Below are positions 27,649 to 37,220 of a stretch of 64,000 nt of DNA, in pieces. Each line of letters opens with the position of its first letter. The stretch's first letter is position 1. The DNA comes from Candidatus Multivoradales bacterium (GTDB lineage Bacteria > Acidobacteriota > Thermoanaerobaculia > Multivoradales > JAHEKO01). Location of the stretch: positions 384,001 to 448,000 of the forward strand of contig CBDCVR010000013.1 of assembly GCA_965223155.1 (NCBI GenBank), written 5' to 3'. The notes beneath the pieces are model-generated. The model was not told the origin of the DNA and ran no database searches. It worked only from the letters and a program-made list of their open reading frames with translations. A program made the position numbers and the translations under genes.

Positions 27649-28782
27649 TTAGGCCTCGGCCAGAGTGGTGATCGTCATGGTCTGATTGTGCAGCTCACAA
27701 CGCCCGGTGGTGACGGTCGGCGAGATTTCACCGTAGGAATAGAACCCTGTCAGAGCCGCCGTCTCACCCAGGACGTCCCGGACGCCCTCGACCTCCTCTT
27801 CGACCCGCTGGCGCAGCAGGAGCTTGCGCCCGACACAACTGATCAAGAGCCCGAGCTCGGCGGCTACGTCGGGTCCATCCAGCCGGCTGGCGCTCGCCGC
27901 CCCGATGGCGCCATCGATCAAGCGGTCGAAATTCGCCTTCATGAAGCGCGCGTACGAGCCGGTGGGCACGTCGCCGGCGAAGGTCATGGACTGGTCGTCC
28001 TCGTCCACCCCCAGGACCGTGCGCACCAGGGAGGCTTCGTTGCCCTCGGTTCGAATGGAAAGCGGAAACAGGAGGGCGCTCGCCGGCAGATCCTGGGCAT
28101 GCTCGCCAAGATAGAGCTTGTAGAGATCCAGCGCCGAGCGTCCATCCAGCTCGTAGAGAACGTTGCCTTCGGCCCTGGTCACCAGCCGCTCCGGACCGAA
28201 CGGGTCCCAACCCCCCAGGGAACCGTAGCCGATCGCCAGCCGCTCCCCGTAGAAGCCAACTGCCGCGACGGAGCTGGAAGACGTAGAGTCGCCGCAAATG
28301 ACCGAGGTGCGCTCGAAGCGCGAGCCGTCGGCGGAGAGACCGCCCGTTACCGAGACCGACTCCGGCAACCGCGCCTTGAGACCCCGCACGAGCTCGCTAC
28401 CGTTGACCGCGATGCCGTCGCAGAGGACGAAGAGGTGCCGAAGGCCCTCGGGGTCGAACTTCGAGGCTAGGCGCTCCCCGGTGGCTCGGCTCGCGTCGGG
28501 GCCGGAGAGTTGGATGCGCTCGGCCTGGACGCCGGTGGAATCAAAGGCAACGGCGGTAGCCGCCAGCGAGTCGTCCAGCACGTGGACGTCCTGGATCTCG
28601 CCGGCGGTCGAACAGCCAACCAGGAGCGCGCCAGGCACCATCTCCCGGAGCTCGTCGAGCGCCGTGCTGTCGTCGAGTGCCGAACGGCCGGCGAACACCA
28701 GAACCAGGTCCGGCCGCTCCACGCCCACCTCGGGCAACTTCCATCCGCCCGTCCGGGTCCATTGACTCTGTGCGACTCTCAT
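27649..28782 (-). CDS. FIST N/C domain sensory protein
   Basis: GCSTAGEI, NGSELVRGL, VTGGLSAD, LYELDG, LISCVGR, GFYSYGEI, LHNQTMTIT. Confidence 0.92.
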   Translation of the reverse strand: MRVAQSQWTRTGGWKLPEVGVERPDLVLVFAGRSALDDSTALDELREMVPGALLVGCSTAGEIQDVHVLDDSLAATAVAFDSTGVQAERIQLSGPDASRATGERLASKFDPEGLRHLFVLCDGIAVNGSELVRGLKARLPESVSVTGGLSADGSRFERTSVICGDSTSSSSVAAVGFYGERLAIGYGSLGGWDPFGPERLVTRAEGNVLYELDGRSALDLYKLYLGEHAQDLPASALLFPLSIRTEGNEASLVRTVLGVDEDDQSMTFAGDVPTGSYARFMKANFDRLIDGAIGAASASRLDGPDVAAELGLLISCVGRKLLLRQRVEEEVEGVRDVLGETAALTGFYSYGEISPTVTTGRCELHNQTMTITTLAEA

Positions 28783-29172
28783 TTCGGCTCGCCTCCACCG
28801 GCGCGATCGGGCGCGCCTGGTTGAATACCGCGACCGAAGTGCAGAAAAGATGCCCGAAATATCGACAGTTTGCCATATTGGGATGAGCCCTGCGGACATT
28901 GCCTGTTTCGCTCCTTTCGCGGCGAGCTGCCGCCTCCCGGGCCCTTCGAACAGGGAAATCCGCCTGGGACCGACTCCCCGAATCCGCAAGGTCGGCGACC
29001 GCGGCTTGGATCGAGGCGGGCCGAGCCCCGATCATCTCGATCAACAGCCCAATCGGTGATGCAACGCGACCTCAGCTGGGACAATGCGGCAAATATTGGC
29101 GGTGGCCTGCCGCAGGACGTACCTCGCCCGGCCTCACAGAAACCCTGCATTCCGAACCTTGGGACACGAAGA

Positions 29173-29227
29173 TGGTGCCGGAGCCGGGACTCGAACCCGG
29201 ACGCCTTGCGGCGGGGGATCTTACGTC
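29173..29227 (-). mobile_element. Displaced 3' portion of tRNA-Leu (att-site remnant)
   Basis: 29173-29201 is identical over 29 bp to the tRNA-Leu 3' end (29793-29821); similarity continues through the variable arm into the anticodon loop and then stops; no 5' half. Confidence 0.8.
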
Positions 29228-29367
29228 GGTCCTAAGCCAATCAACGCCAACACTCGCAAACGGACAACAACCTTAGAATCAGTGAGATAGGTCCTAGTCG
29301 ACCTCTTGTCTTCTATTGCCGAGAATGGGCGGTTCCTGGCGTCTACTGCACCATGAGAGAACCTCTT

Positions 29368-29700
29368 CTAGGCGTCTGGCGTAGCTTGCAGTTCGTATCC
29401 GCAAGGGCAGAAGACGGTGTCCGGATCGTTGTAGAAACTGCACTCAGGGCACATCCAACTTTCACTGGTCCGTTTGCCTCCACCTCCCCTCCAGAGCAGC
29501 ACCCCCCAGACAACGAAGCACCAGACAACGCCGCTCAGCATCCCGGCGCCGCTGGAGGAAAACGAGACCGCCACAATCCTCCCGAAGAACAAGTAGCCTG
29601 CGACCATCGTGCCTACCCAAGTCCACGGCTGCATGCCGCGTTTCCTCGCTAGGGTCGCCATGCCACCGCCCATGACGCAGAGGAAGAACAGCTCTAGCAT
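29368..29700 (-). CDS. Small membrane protein with C-terminal RanBP2-like zinc ribbon
   Basis: Three hydrophobic segments followed by WMCPECSFYNDPDTVFCPCG; start at ATG 29700 (the longer ORF runs through the tRNA). Confidence 0.7.
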   Translation of the reverse strand: MLELFFLCVMGGGMATLARKRGMQPWTWVGTMVAGYLFFGRIVAVSFSSSGAGMLSGVVWCFVVWGVLLWRGGGGKRTSESWMCPECSFYNDPDTVFCPCGYELQATPDA

Positions 29701-29792
29701 CGGGAATTGCCCTCGTTCCGCTCGTTGGTCAGTGATCGTCCTCGTTGGCGCTGCTCTGTCAGGCGGTTGGCTCCAGCACGAATCCTGGAGAG

Positions 29793-29877
29793 TGGTGCCG
29801 GAGCCGGGACTCGAACCCGGAAGCCCGAAGGCGGGGGATTTTAAGTCCCCTGCGTCTACCAGTTCCGCCACTCCGGC
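29793..29877 (-). tRNA. tRNA-Leu (UAA)
   Basis: GCCGGAGTGGCGGAACTGGTAGACGCAGGGGAC-TTAAAA-TCCCC..GGTTCGAGTCC..GGCACCA; long variable arm; CCA encoded. Confidence 0.97.
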
Positions 29878-30042
29878 AGCCGGAAGTCTAGCAACGGCTC
29901 CGCTTCTCCGGAGGATCGCCGGGCTGAGCCCGGCGTCTCGATAAGATCGCCATATCCTTAGATGCGGACAGGCTCCGTGGCAAACGCTCGGAGCTCGAAC
30001 CGGAGTTCTTGCCCGAGCTCCAAGACAGCCTCCAAACTAGCG

Positions 30043-31797
30043 ATGAGACTTGTCACGGTCTTTCAGGTCCTTCTCCTGACCCTCTTTATCGGGGTCGGCC
30101 TCTTGGGTACCTATGGGGTGGCGAGGGACTGGCTTCGCGGGCTGGACACGTGGTCCTGGGAGGCGTCAACCTGCACCATCGAGTCTTCGGAAGTCCTGCA
30201 CCGCTCCGAATCCGGCGGGTTCGCGTTCCAGGTCTCCTATAGCTACGAGTTCCGCGGAGAGCGGCACTCGGGGAACCAGTACCGCCACGACTACTTCAGC
30301 TCGGACAGGCGGTCGGACGCCCAGGTCTTGTCGGCACGGTTTCAGGTTGGCGACCGCGTGGCCTGCTGGGTGGATCCCGAGGAGCCGGACCGGTCGTATC
30401 TGGTGCGCTCCAATCTCTGGGCCGGGCTCTGGATCTTTGGCCCCCTGCTCTTCGTCGCCATCGGAGGCGGCTCCCTCTGGTTCTTGCTCGGCTCGCACAC
30501 CCGAGCGCGGGAGGAGGCCGGGATCGGATTCGCGGAGGAACTCGAACCGCCCGAGCAGGTATTGCAGACAGGGCAGCCAGGCCAGCCCTTGCGCCCAGAG
30601 CAGGCGAAGGAGGGCCTGTCCGGCGTGATGGTGGGAGCGCTGCTCTTGCTCCCGGGAGCCTTCTTCCTGTTCGGTGCCGGGTTCCTGATCCCGTTCTTTC
30701 TCCGGCCTGCTTTCCAGGTCGTCGAGGCTCGATCCTGGAGCGAAGTCCCATGCCAGATCCTCTCGAGTGACGTGCGTTCCCATCCGGGTGAAGACGGCGC
30801 TACCTACGGAATCGACGTCTTGTTCGAATACGAGATCAACGGACGCCAGTACCGGTCGAACCGCTACCAGTTCCTGGGGGGCACCTCGAGCGGCTACGAG
30901 CGCAAGGCCAGGATTGTCGAAGAGCTGCGGACGGCTGACGCTCATACATGCTTAGTCGATCCGGACGATCTCCACGAGGCCGTCATCGAGCGCCGGCTCA
31001 CCGGCGACTATCTCTTCGGTCTCATCCCCCTTGCCTTCACTCTCATCGGGCTCGCCGGCCTGGTCATCGCGGTCAAGGTGCTGCGCGACGCCAAGCGGGA
31101 CGCCGCTCGCCCCGCCTGGATGGCTCCGACGGCACCCGGTGACACCCCGGTGCTGCCGGGGCTTGCCGGAGGTCGCCAAGAGACCACCGGTCCGCTTACG
31201 CTGGAGCCCGCCTCCAGCCCGCTCGGCAAGCTCGGCTGTGCGGTCATCGTGGCGCTGTTTTGGAACGGACTGGTGTCGATCTTCGTCTGGCAGGTCTTCG
31301 AAAACTGGCAGGCCGGGACCAAGGAATGGTGGGGCATCCTCATTCTGACGCCGTTCGCCCTCATCGGCCTTCTGCTCCTGGTCGGTATCCCCTACTCGAT
31401 TCTGGCCTTGCTCAACCCGCGACCGCGGGTCCAACTCACTCCGGGAACCCTCACCGTCGGCGAGTCGGCCCAGCTCAATTGGTCATTCACCGGGATGGCG
31501 AGCCGTGTCCGCCGCGTGAGGATCTGGCTCGAGGCCATCGAAACCCGGACGACGTACGGCGATTCGAGCGTGCGCGTCTCGACGAACCGCTTGGAGACTC
31601 CGGAGGTCGAGATCTTGGATCGAGGAAGAGAGCTACCGCTCGCCACCGGAGCCGTGACCTTCACCGTCCCACCCAATACGCCGGCCTCGTCCGAGGGCGA
31701 CGTCGCGGTGACCTGGAAGCTCAAGCTCCAGGGCGACATCGTTTACTGGCCGGACATCAACGAGGAGTACGAGGTGGGATTGCTCCCCTCGGCGTGA
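30043..31797 (+). CDS. Membrane protein with two DUF3592-like domains
   Basis: Two repeats W..(S/P)C.I.SS.V...(Y/F).YE..G......Y...C.VDP.., each flanked by transmembrane helices; C-terminal soluble beta domain. Confidence 0.8.
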   Translation: MRLVTVFQVLLLTLFIGVGLLGTYGVARDWLRGLDTWSWEASTCTIESSEVLHRSESGGFAFQVSYSYEFRGERHSGNQYRHDYFSSDRRSDAQVLSARFQVGDRVACWVDPEEPDRSYLVRSNLWAGLWIFGPLLFVAIGGGSLWFLLGSHTRAREEAGIGFAEELEPPEQVLQTGQPGQPLRPEQAKEGLSGVMVGALLLLPGAFFLFGAGFLIPFFLRPAFQVVEARSWSEVPCQILSSDVRSHPGEDGATYGIDVLFEYEINGRQYRSNRYQFLGGTSSGYERKARIVEELRTADAHTCLVDPDDLHEAVIERRLTGDYLFGLIPLAFTLIGLAGLVIAVKVLRDAKRDAARPAWMAPTAPGDTPVLPGLAGGRQETTGPLTLEPASSPLGKLGCAVIVALFWNGLVSIFVWQVFENWQAGTKEWWGILILTPFALIGLLLLVGIPYSILALLNPRPRVQLTPGTLTVGESAQLNWSFTGMASRVRRVRIWLEAIETRTTYGDSSVRVSTNRLETPEVEILDRGRELPLATGAVTFTVPPNTPASSEGDVAVTWKLKLQGDIVYWPDINEEYEVGLLPSA

Positions 31798-32119
31798 CCA
31801 CGGTGACCTTCGGTAGCGGACCGCCAGCTCCCGGGGAACCGGACCGTGGTCCATTGCCCGGTCGCGGTGGAGAACGTGCGTGGAGCTTGATCCCATCGCG
31901 ATTCACCCCGGAGACGGCCGCGAATCCGAACGACCGGCCGGCGCAGCCGGAGTTTTCGAGTGCGCCATGTCTCCAGATTCTCGACCACTGCGTTGGAAGA
32001 CGATCGGTCCATCGGGTGGAAAACGCTTTCCTGGTGAGCAGCTGCTCGCCGGGCGGGATCCTTGCCGACCGTCCTCACCCTTGCCACGGAGCGGATACAA
32101 CATCTTGGGGCGCAACCGT

Positions 32120-32149
32120 TTGACGGCCCCAAGATCTAGGGGGTAGACT
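32120..32149 (+). promoter_or_regulatory. Sigma70-like promoter (TTGACG-18-TAGACT)
   Basis: The -10 ends 7 nt before ATG 32157, consistent with a leaderless mRNA. Confidence 0.45.
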
Positions 32150-32156
32150 TTTCCCG

Positions 32157-32363
32157 ATGCATTGGCCGAGTTTTCTGGTTGGGCTCTTGGTCTTGCCCAC
32201 CTTCGTGGTTGCGGCGGCACTGGCCCGGGCGATCGTGCAGTACCTTCGGCGCAACGGTTATCGGTTCACCGGGGCTCCCCGCCCTATCATCCGCGGCACT
32301 GAGCCCCTGGAGTTCGAACCGAAGGTCATGGGCAACATTCACAGCAGCGGTACCGAGTCCTAG
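32157..32363 (+). CDS. Small single-TM protein
   Basis: 68 aa, N-terminal hydrophobic helix followed by basic residues; upstream promoter match. Confidence 0.55.
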   Translation: MHWPSFLVGLLVLPTFVVAAALARAIVQYLRRNGYRFTGAPRPIIRGTEPLEFEPKVMGNIHSSGTES

Positions 32364-32665
32364 GCCCTGCTTCGGTAGCCGTCCCGGCGGCGCCTTGTGG
32401 TGTCCCGCTCGGCTGCGGCCGGTGCTCCGGCGCCTGGCCGCGCAAGGCATGTCTCTCCGAGAGCGGCGGCTCTGAGCCGTGCGGCTAGAATCCGAGGACA
32501 GTGCCTAGGACTGATCTGAAATTCCGGGCGCCCGTCCGGAATCGCCCGCAGTCGGCTAGTTGCAGGGCCGCCCGTGCCGAGTCGTCGCGCCGTCCGGAAC
32601 TCGTGGTGGGCTGGGGCGGCGCTTCCCCGCGACCAGAGCCAGCGCGGTTCGCTTCACCCCTGTCG

Positions 32666-34687
32666 ATGGTCACCCCGGCCTTTTGCCCATCCCGGAGCAC
32701 CACGTTCTCTTGGTTCGCGAAGCTTGCCGTCTTCCTCCTGGCACTCACCGTCGCCGCTTGTTCCCAGGAGCCGGAGCCCGAGGGCACGGTCGCGGTCAAC
32801 ATGTACGACAACGGGTATTCGCCGCCCCGGGTCCGGATCCCGGTCGGCGGCCGCGTGGTCTTTCGCAACATGGGGCGGAACCAGCACCATGCCGTCGCGC
32901 TCGACGAGTCCTGGTCGACCGAGGCCAGTCACGGAACGCTCATCATGGAGCGAGGGGAGAGCGCCGAGGTCACCTTCGAGTCACCCGGGGTCTACCCCTA
33001 CTACTGCACCTATCACGGCTCGCCCAAGGGCGATCGGGGCATGGTCGGCCTTGTCCTGGTTGGCGACGTCGCCGAGCCAGTGGCGGCTGGAGACGCCGGG
33101 GAGCACGCGGTCACAGCTCAAGCGAGCGCTCGGACGCTTCGCGTTCCCCAGGACTTTTCCAGAATCCAGCAGGCCGTCGACGCGGCGTTGCCCGGTGATC
33201 TGGTCCTCATCGACCGCGGTGTCTATGTCGAATCGGTGCGGGTGACCACCCCATCCGTGGTTCTTCGCGGTGTCGATCGCAACGAGGTCATCCTGGACGG
33301 AGACTTCCAGCTCGGCAACGGGGTTCTGATCCTGGCCGACGGGGTCGCGGTCGAGAATCTCACCGCGCGGCACTACACTCTCAACGGCTTCTACTGGACG
33401 GGCGTCACCGGCTACCGCGGGTCGCACCTCACCGCCTACAACAACGGCGACTACGGTATCTATGCCTTCGACTCGACCGACGGCCTGATCGAAGACTCCT
33501 ATGCCTCGGGTCACCCGGATGCGGGCTTCTACGTCGGCCAGTGCTACCCGTGCCGGGCCGTGCTGCGGCGACTCGTCGCCGAGAACAACGCCCTGGGCTA
33601 CTCCGGGACCAACGCCGGCGGCGAGCTCTACCTGGTCGATTCGATCTGGCGGGACAACCTTGCCGGCATCGTCCCGAATACGCTCGACACCGAACTGCTG
33701 CCACCCGAGCGCGAGACCACGATCGTCGGCAATGTCGTGATCGACAATGACAACCTCGGAGTGCCGGTCAAAGCCCTGGCCTGGCCGGCTCAGGGAACGG
33801 GCATCCTGATCGCCGGCGGGCGCGACAACCTCATCGAGCGCAATCTGATTGCGGGCCACCGCTATGGCGTGCTTCTGCTTCCCAGCAAGGACGATCGATT
33901 CTGGCCCGCGACCGGAAACCTCGTGCGAGACAATCGCTTCTCCGGCTCCAGGCAGGCGGACCTCGCCGAGGCAAGCCCCGGCGTGCGGGACAACTGCTTC
34001 GCCGGGAATCGCTTCGAGTCCTCGGCTCCGGCTCGGATCGAGACCCTCAAGCCCTGCCGGGCCGGAGGCTCGAGCTTCCGCTCGCGCCTGGACGCCAACC
34101 TCGTCCCGACTCTGACCGGCTTGATCCGTCAGCGCCAAGCTGCAGCCGGCCGCTACCGGAGCGGGGACTGGCGGAGGCAGGCCGAGCCACCGCTCCAGCC
34201 GAGCCTCGATGCCAGCGCGGCGGAGGCGGTGGCCGAGCCGGCGGTGGAGGTCTTCGCCCAGATCGATCTCGATTTGGAGGACATCCCGCTGCCCGAGCTC
34301 GAGACAGGGACACCGACCAATACCGGAACAACCTACGGAACCTACCGGCACGCTTCTCCGGGGGCGCGTCTCGGCGCTTTCCTCGAACGCTGGATCGCGC
34401 CCTTCGCGCCGGCGGGCCTGGCCCTTCTTTGGGCGGCTCTGGCCCTCATCCACTTTCGATCCGGGCGCAGGCGGGCGCGGGCGAGCGTTCGAGACCGCTC
34501 GGCACGGCTTCCGCGGGCCTGGTTGCTGGTAGTTCTCATCGTGCCCTGGCTCGGTGCGCTGGTGTTCCTGGCCTGCGGACGGGGCGGGCTCTCCCGTCAA
34601 GCCCGCTGGGGCACCGTCGCGGGAAGTCTCGTACTCCTTGCGCTCTGCCTGGCGATTCCGGTCGTCTCGGCTCTGGGCGGCTCATGA
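32666..34687 (+). CDS. Lipoprotein: cupredoxin (plastocyanin-like) domain, right-handed beta-helix (NosD-like), C-terminal membrane anchor
   Basis: Lipobox LTVAAC; HHAV..YYCTYHG..GMVG type-1 copper ligands; beta-helix repeats (NNGDYGIYAFDS, GYSGTNAGG); C-terminal AWLLVVLIVPWLGALVFL. Start uncertain. Confidence 0.8.
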   Translation: MVTPAFCPSRSTTFSWFAKLAVFLLALTVAACSQEPEPEGTVAVNMYDNGYSPPRVRIPVGGRVVFRNMGRNQHHAVALDESWSTEASHGTLIMERGESAEVTFESPGVYPYYCTYHGSPKGDRGMVGLVLVGDVAEPVAAGDAGEHAVTAQASARTLRVPQDFSRIQQAVDAALPGDLVLIDRGVYVESVRVTTPSVVLRGVDRNEVILDGDFQLGNGVLILADGVAVENLTARHYTLNGFYWTGVTGYRGSHLTAYNNGDYGIYAFDSTDGLIEDSYASGHPDAGFYVGQCYPCRAVLRRLVAENNALGYSGTNAGGELYLVDSIWRDNLAGIVPNTLDTELLPPERETTIVGNVVIDNDNLGVPVKALAWPAQGTGILIAGGRDNLIERNLIAGHRYGVLLLPSKDDRFWPATGNLVRDNRFSGSRQADLAEASPGVRDNCFAGNRFESSAPARIETLKPCRAGGSSFRSRLDANLVPTLTGLIRQRQAAAGRYRSGDWRRQAEPPLQPSLDASAAEAVAEPAVEVFAQIDLDLEDIPLPELETGTPTNTGTTYGTYRHASPGARLGAFLERWIAPFAPAGLALLWAALALIHFRSGRRRARASVRDRSARLPRAWLLVVLIVPWLGALVFLACGRGGLSRQARWGTVAGSLVLLALCLAIPVVSALGGS

Positions 34688-35934
34688 GCGCCACCGGGAC
34701 GCGGCCCGAGGTCACCCTCCAGGACGTCCGTCGGCTTTGGTTCGCGCGGCAGGGGCTTTCCCAGCCGCGAGGCACAACGGCATTCGGAAAGCGGGCCTTC
34801 GTCGATCACCTGGAACGCACCGGCGCGCTCCAGGTCGACTCCGTCAACGTCGTCGATCGCGCCCACTATTTGACCCTCTGGAGCCGCTTCGGGGCCTACG
34901 ACCGCACGAGGGTCGATCGCTGGATCTACCGCGACCGCGCCGCTTATGAATACTGGGGGCACGAGGCCTCGATTCTGCCAATGGCGCACCTGCCGGTGAG
35001 CCGGCGCAGGATGCGACGCTTTCCGCCCGAGTCCTGGCGCAAGAGCGCCTGGTGGGAGCGGTTCGAAACACCCCTTGCCTCCAAGCGCCGCGTGCTGCGC
35101 CGGATTCGGGATGAAGGTCCGCTCGAGAGCATCGACTTCGAGCGCCGGAAGAACGAGCAGCAACCGAACGTGCCGGGCACCTGGGCGGGCGTCTACCCCA
35201 AAGAGGACAAGCGCACGCTCAAGCGACTCTGGCACGACGGCCGTCTGGCCGTCGCCAAGCGCAAGCACTTCCGCTGCGTCTACGACCTGGCCGATCGGGT
35301 CTATCCTGGCGGGGGCGCCCAGCCTGACGATGGCGTGTCCCCATTCGACATCGCCTCGAAAACTCAGTTCGAGGATAGCTGGCTTCTGGCCGCACTCTCG
35401 GGCAACGGCATCGTGAGCGAGAGACATGCCTTCAAGTACTTCACCTCTCCCGAGCTCAAGGCGGCCGAGCGGCGCCGGGTTCTGGCTCGCAATCTCAAGA
35501 AGGGAACCATTGTCGAGGTAGCGATCCGGGACGCGCCCGAGTTGCCCGGCCCCTGGTACGCGCGGCCCGGAGATCTAGAAAGACTCGCTGAACTGCCCGA
35601 GCCGGAGGGCACCAACCTCCTCTGCCCCTTCGACTCGTTCCTCTGGCAGCGCCAGCGCGCGGCCGACCTCCTGGACTTCCACTACCGAATCGAGATCTAC
35701 GTCCCCGCCGCCAAGCGCCAGTACGGCTACTACGTCCTGCCCATCCTCCACGGCGGCCGCCTCGTCGGCCGCCTCGATCCCAAACTTCATCGCGACCGGG
35801 ACGAGCTCGAAATCAAGTCCCTCCACTGGGAGCCCGGTATCAGGCCGGATTCGAAGCTCCGGCAGGGTCTCGTGGGAGCGCTCGAGGATCTGGGAGAGTT
35901 TCTGGGGGCGCGCAAGGTGACGGCGTGCATCTGA
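34684..35934 (+). CDS. YcaQ/AlkZ-family winged-helix DNA crosslink-repair glycosylase
   Basis: LQVDSVNVVDRAHYLTLWSR, EYWGHEAS, LLCPFD, FHYRIEIYVP, YGYYVLPILHG; ATGA overlap with the upstream gene. Confidence 0.88.
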   Translation: MSATGTRPEVTLQDVRRLWFARQGLSQPRGTTAFGKRAFVDHLERTGALQVDSVNVVDRAHYLTLWSRFGAYDRTRVDRWIYRDRAAYEYWGHEASILPMAHLPVSRRRMRRFPPESWRKSAWWERFETPLASKRRVLRRIRDEGPLESIDFERRKNEQQPNVPGTWAGVYPKEDKRTLKRLWHDGRLAVAKRKHFRCVYDLADRVYPGGGAQPDDGVSPFDIASKTQFEDSWLLAALSGNGIVSERHAFKYFTSPELKAAERRRVLARNLKKGTIVEVAIRDAPELPGPWYARPGDLERLAELPEPEGTNLLCPFDSFLWQRQRAADLLDFHYRIEIYVPAAKRQYGYYVLPILHGGRLVGRLDPKLHRDRDELEIKSLHWEPGIRPDSKLRQGLVGALEDLGEFLGARKVTACI

Positions 35935-36206
35935 CCCTCTGGGCGTATGCGGCTACTGGCCTCCTTGGCCTGCTGGACGCGTTTTCCTCGCGGGCCACAG
36001 AGCTGCCCCAGAAGACACGCCTTCTTCTCATCGTCCTCTTCGCCCTCGGATTTCTTCGCTTGATGGTCCCGGCCATCATCGAAACGCACTTCGGCCAGGG
36101 CCAGCGTGTCGCCATGGGGCTCGTCGCAGGGCTTCGATGTCCGCCGTGCTGTTCTGGGCTCGGCGGCCACGAGAGGAGTAGCGATCCATGCGCCAATCGA
36201 TGCTAG
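35925..36206 (+). CDS. Possible small membrane protein
   Basis: Two hydrophobic stretches; no recognisable motif. Confidence 0.3.
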   Translation: MHLTLWAYAATGLLGLLDAFSSRATELPQKTRLLLIVLFALGFLRLMVPAIIETHFGQGQRVAMGLVAGLRCPPCCSGLGGHERSSDPCANRC

Positions 36207-36277
36207 CCAAGGCCTCCCCTGGAGGGCCTTGCAGAATGTGGGAAACCTTGGAAGGCAGTCGCACTAGGGCGAAACGC

Positions 36278-36311
36278 TTGAGAGCGAACTACAAAATAAG
36301 TACAATGTAGT
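36278..36311 (+). promoter_or_regulatory. brnTA promoter (TTGAGA-17-TACAAT) with overlapping inverted repeat ACTACA-N12-TGTAGT
   Basis: Elements read directly; the -10 ends 6 nt before GTG 36313. Confidence 0.6.
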
Positions 36312-36312
36312 C

Positions 36313-36609
36313 GTGACCGGCCTGCGCCTCGAATGGGACGACACCAAGAGCGCATCCAACCTCCGCAAGCACGGCGTCTCCTTCGAGGAAGCTGCGACGG
36401 TCTTCTACGATGAGAGTGCACTCTTCATGGCCGACCCAGATCACTCAGAGACGGAAGAACGCTTCATCCTCCTGGGTATGAGCTTCAGACCGCGAGTTCT
36501 CGTCGTCTGCCACTGCTACCGGGGCAGGGAAGACACCATTCGGATCATTTCCGCGCGAAAGGCAGATCGCTCGGAGCGAGGGCAGTACAGTCGGAGACGA
36601 AGAAAATGA
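36313..36609 (+). CDS. brnT: BrnT-family type II toxin
   Basis: LEWDDTKSASNLRKHGVSFEEA, EERFILLG, IRIISARKA. Confidence 0.93.
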   Translation: MTGLRLEWDDTKSASNLRKHGVSFEEAATVFYDESALFMADPDHSETEERFILLGMSFRPRVLVVCHCYRGREDTIRIISARKADRSERGQYSRRRRK

Positions 36610-36824
36610 GGGCAAGTTACGACTTTTCCAAGGCGCGAAGGAACCCTTACGCCAAGCGGCTCAAGAAGCAGGTGACGATTCGGCTCGATGCGCCGACACT
36701 GGACTACTTCAGGGATCTTTCGGAGGAGATCGGTGTTCCCTACCAGACGCTTATCAACCTGTACCTGCGAGAATGCGTCGTAGAGGGCAAGCGGCCGTCC
36801 TTGGCGTGGACGCCAAACGGCTAG
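36606..36824 (+). CDS. brnA: BrnA/CopG-like antitoxin
   Basis: YDFSKARRNPY, VTIRLD, GVPYQTLINLYL; ATGA overlap with brnT. Confidence 0.9.
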   Translation: MRASYDFSKARRNPYAKRLKKQVTIRLDAPTLDYFRDLSEEIGVPYQTLINLYLRECVVEGKRPSLAWTPNG

Positions 36825-37145
36825 GGGCGCTTCCAGATCTTGCAGCACTCCTCGCTCACCTGTGGCCCCCCCAGGCGATACCCCGTTGTCACCGGACACC
36901 CGCTTGCGCTTAGGATGTCGCTTGTGCAAGAGCTCGAAGGCGACATGGGCGAAGATCAGAGCCCAGGTGATGACCAGCTTCTCGACAAGGCTCTCGACAC
37001 CAAGCCACTCCAGCGGGTAGCTAGTGATTTCGGTGACTGGATCCGATGCCGTTGTAGGACGTACCAGCAAGATCTACCGGTCGAGGGATCGGTTTCCTGT
37101 CACCGAAATCCTGCGACCCGATCGGCCTCTGCCGCGGGAGAGGTG

Positions 37146-37220
37146 TGGAGGCGACGGTCGGAATCGAACCGACGAATGAGGGTTTTGCAGACCCTTGCCT
37201 TACCACTTGGCTACGTCGCC
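37146..37220 (-). tRNA. tRNA-Cys (GCA)
   Basis: GGCGACGTAGCCAAGTGGTAAGGCAAGGGTC-TGCAAA-ACCCT..GGTTCGATTCC..CTCCA. Confidence 0.97.

Noticed and set aside
8729-28470. Long plus-strand ORFs (e.g. 8729..10765, 17025..19025, 25960..28470)
   Set aside because: Antisense shadows of real minus-strand genes, expected at high GC; no motifs.
28830-28935. c-di-GMP-I (GEMM) riboswitch upstream of the FIST/GGDEF-EAL pair
   Set aside because: Minus strand has GGCAAACTGTCGA, but the GAAA tetraloop, complementary stem and second hairpin are missing.
29173-29260. Second functional tRNA-Leu
   Set aside because: Only the 3' portion is present; no D-arm or 5' acceptor strand; anticodon loop altered.
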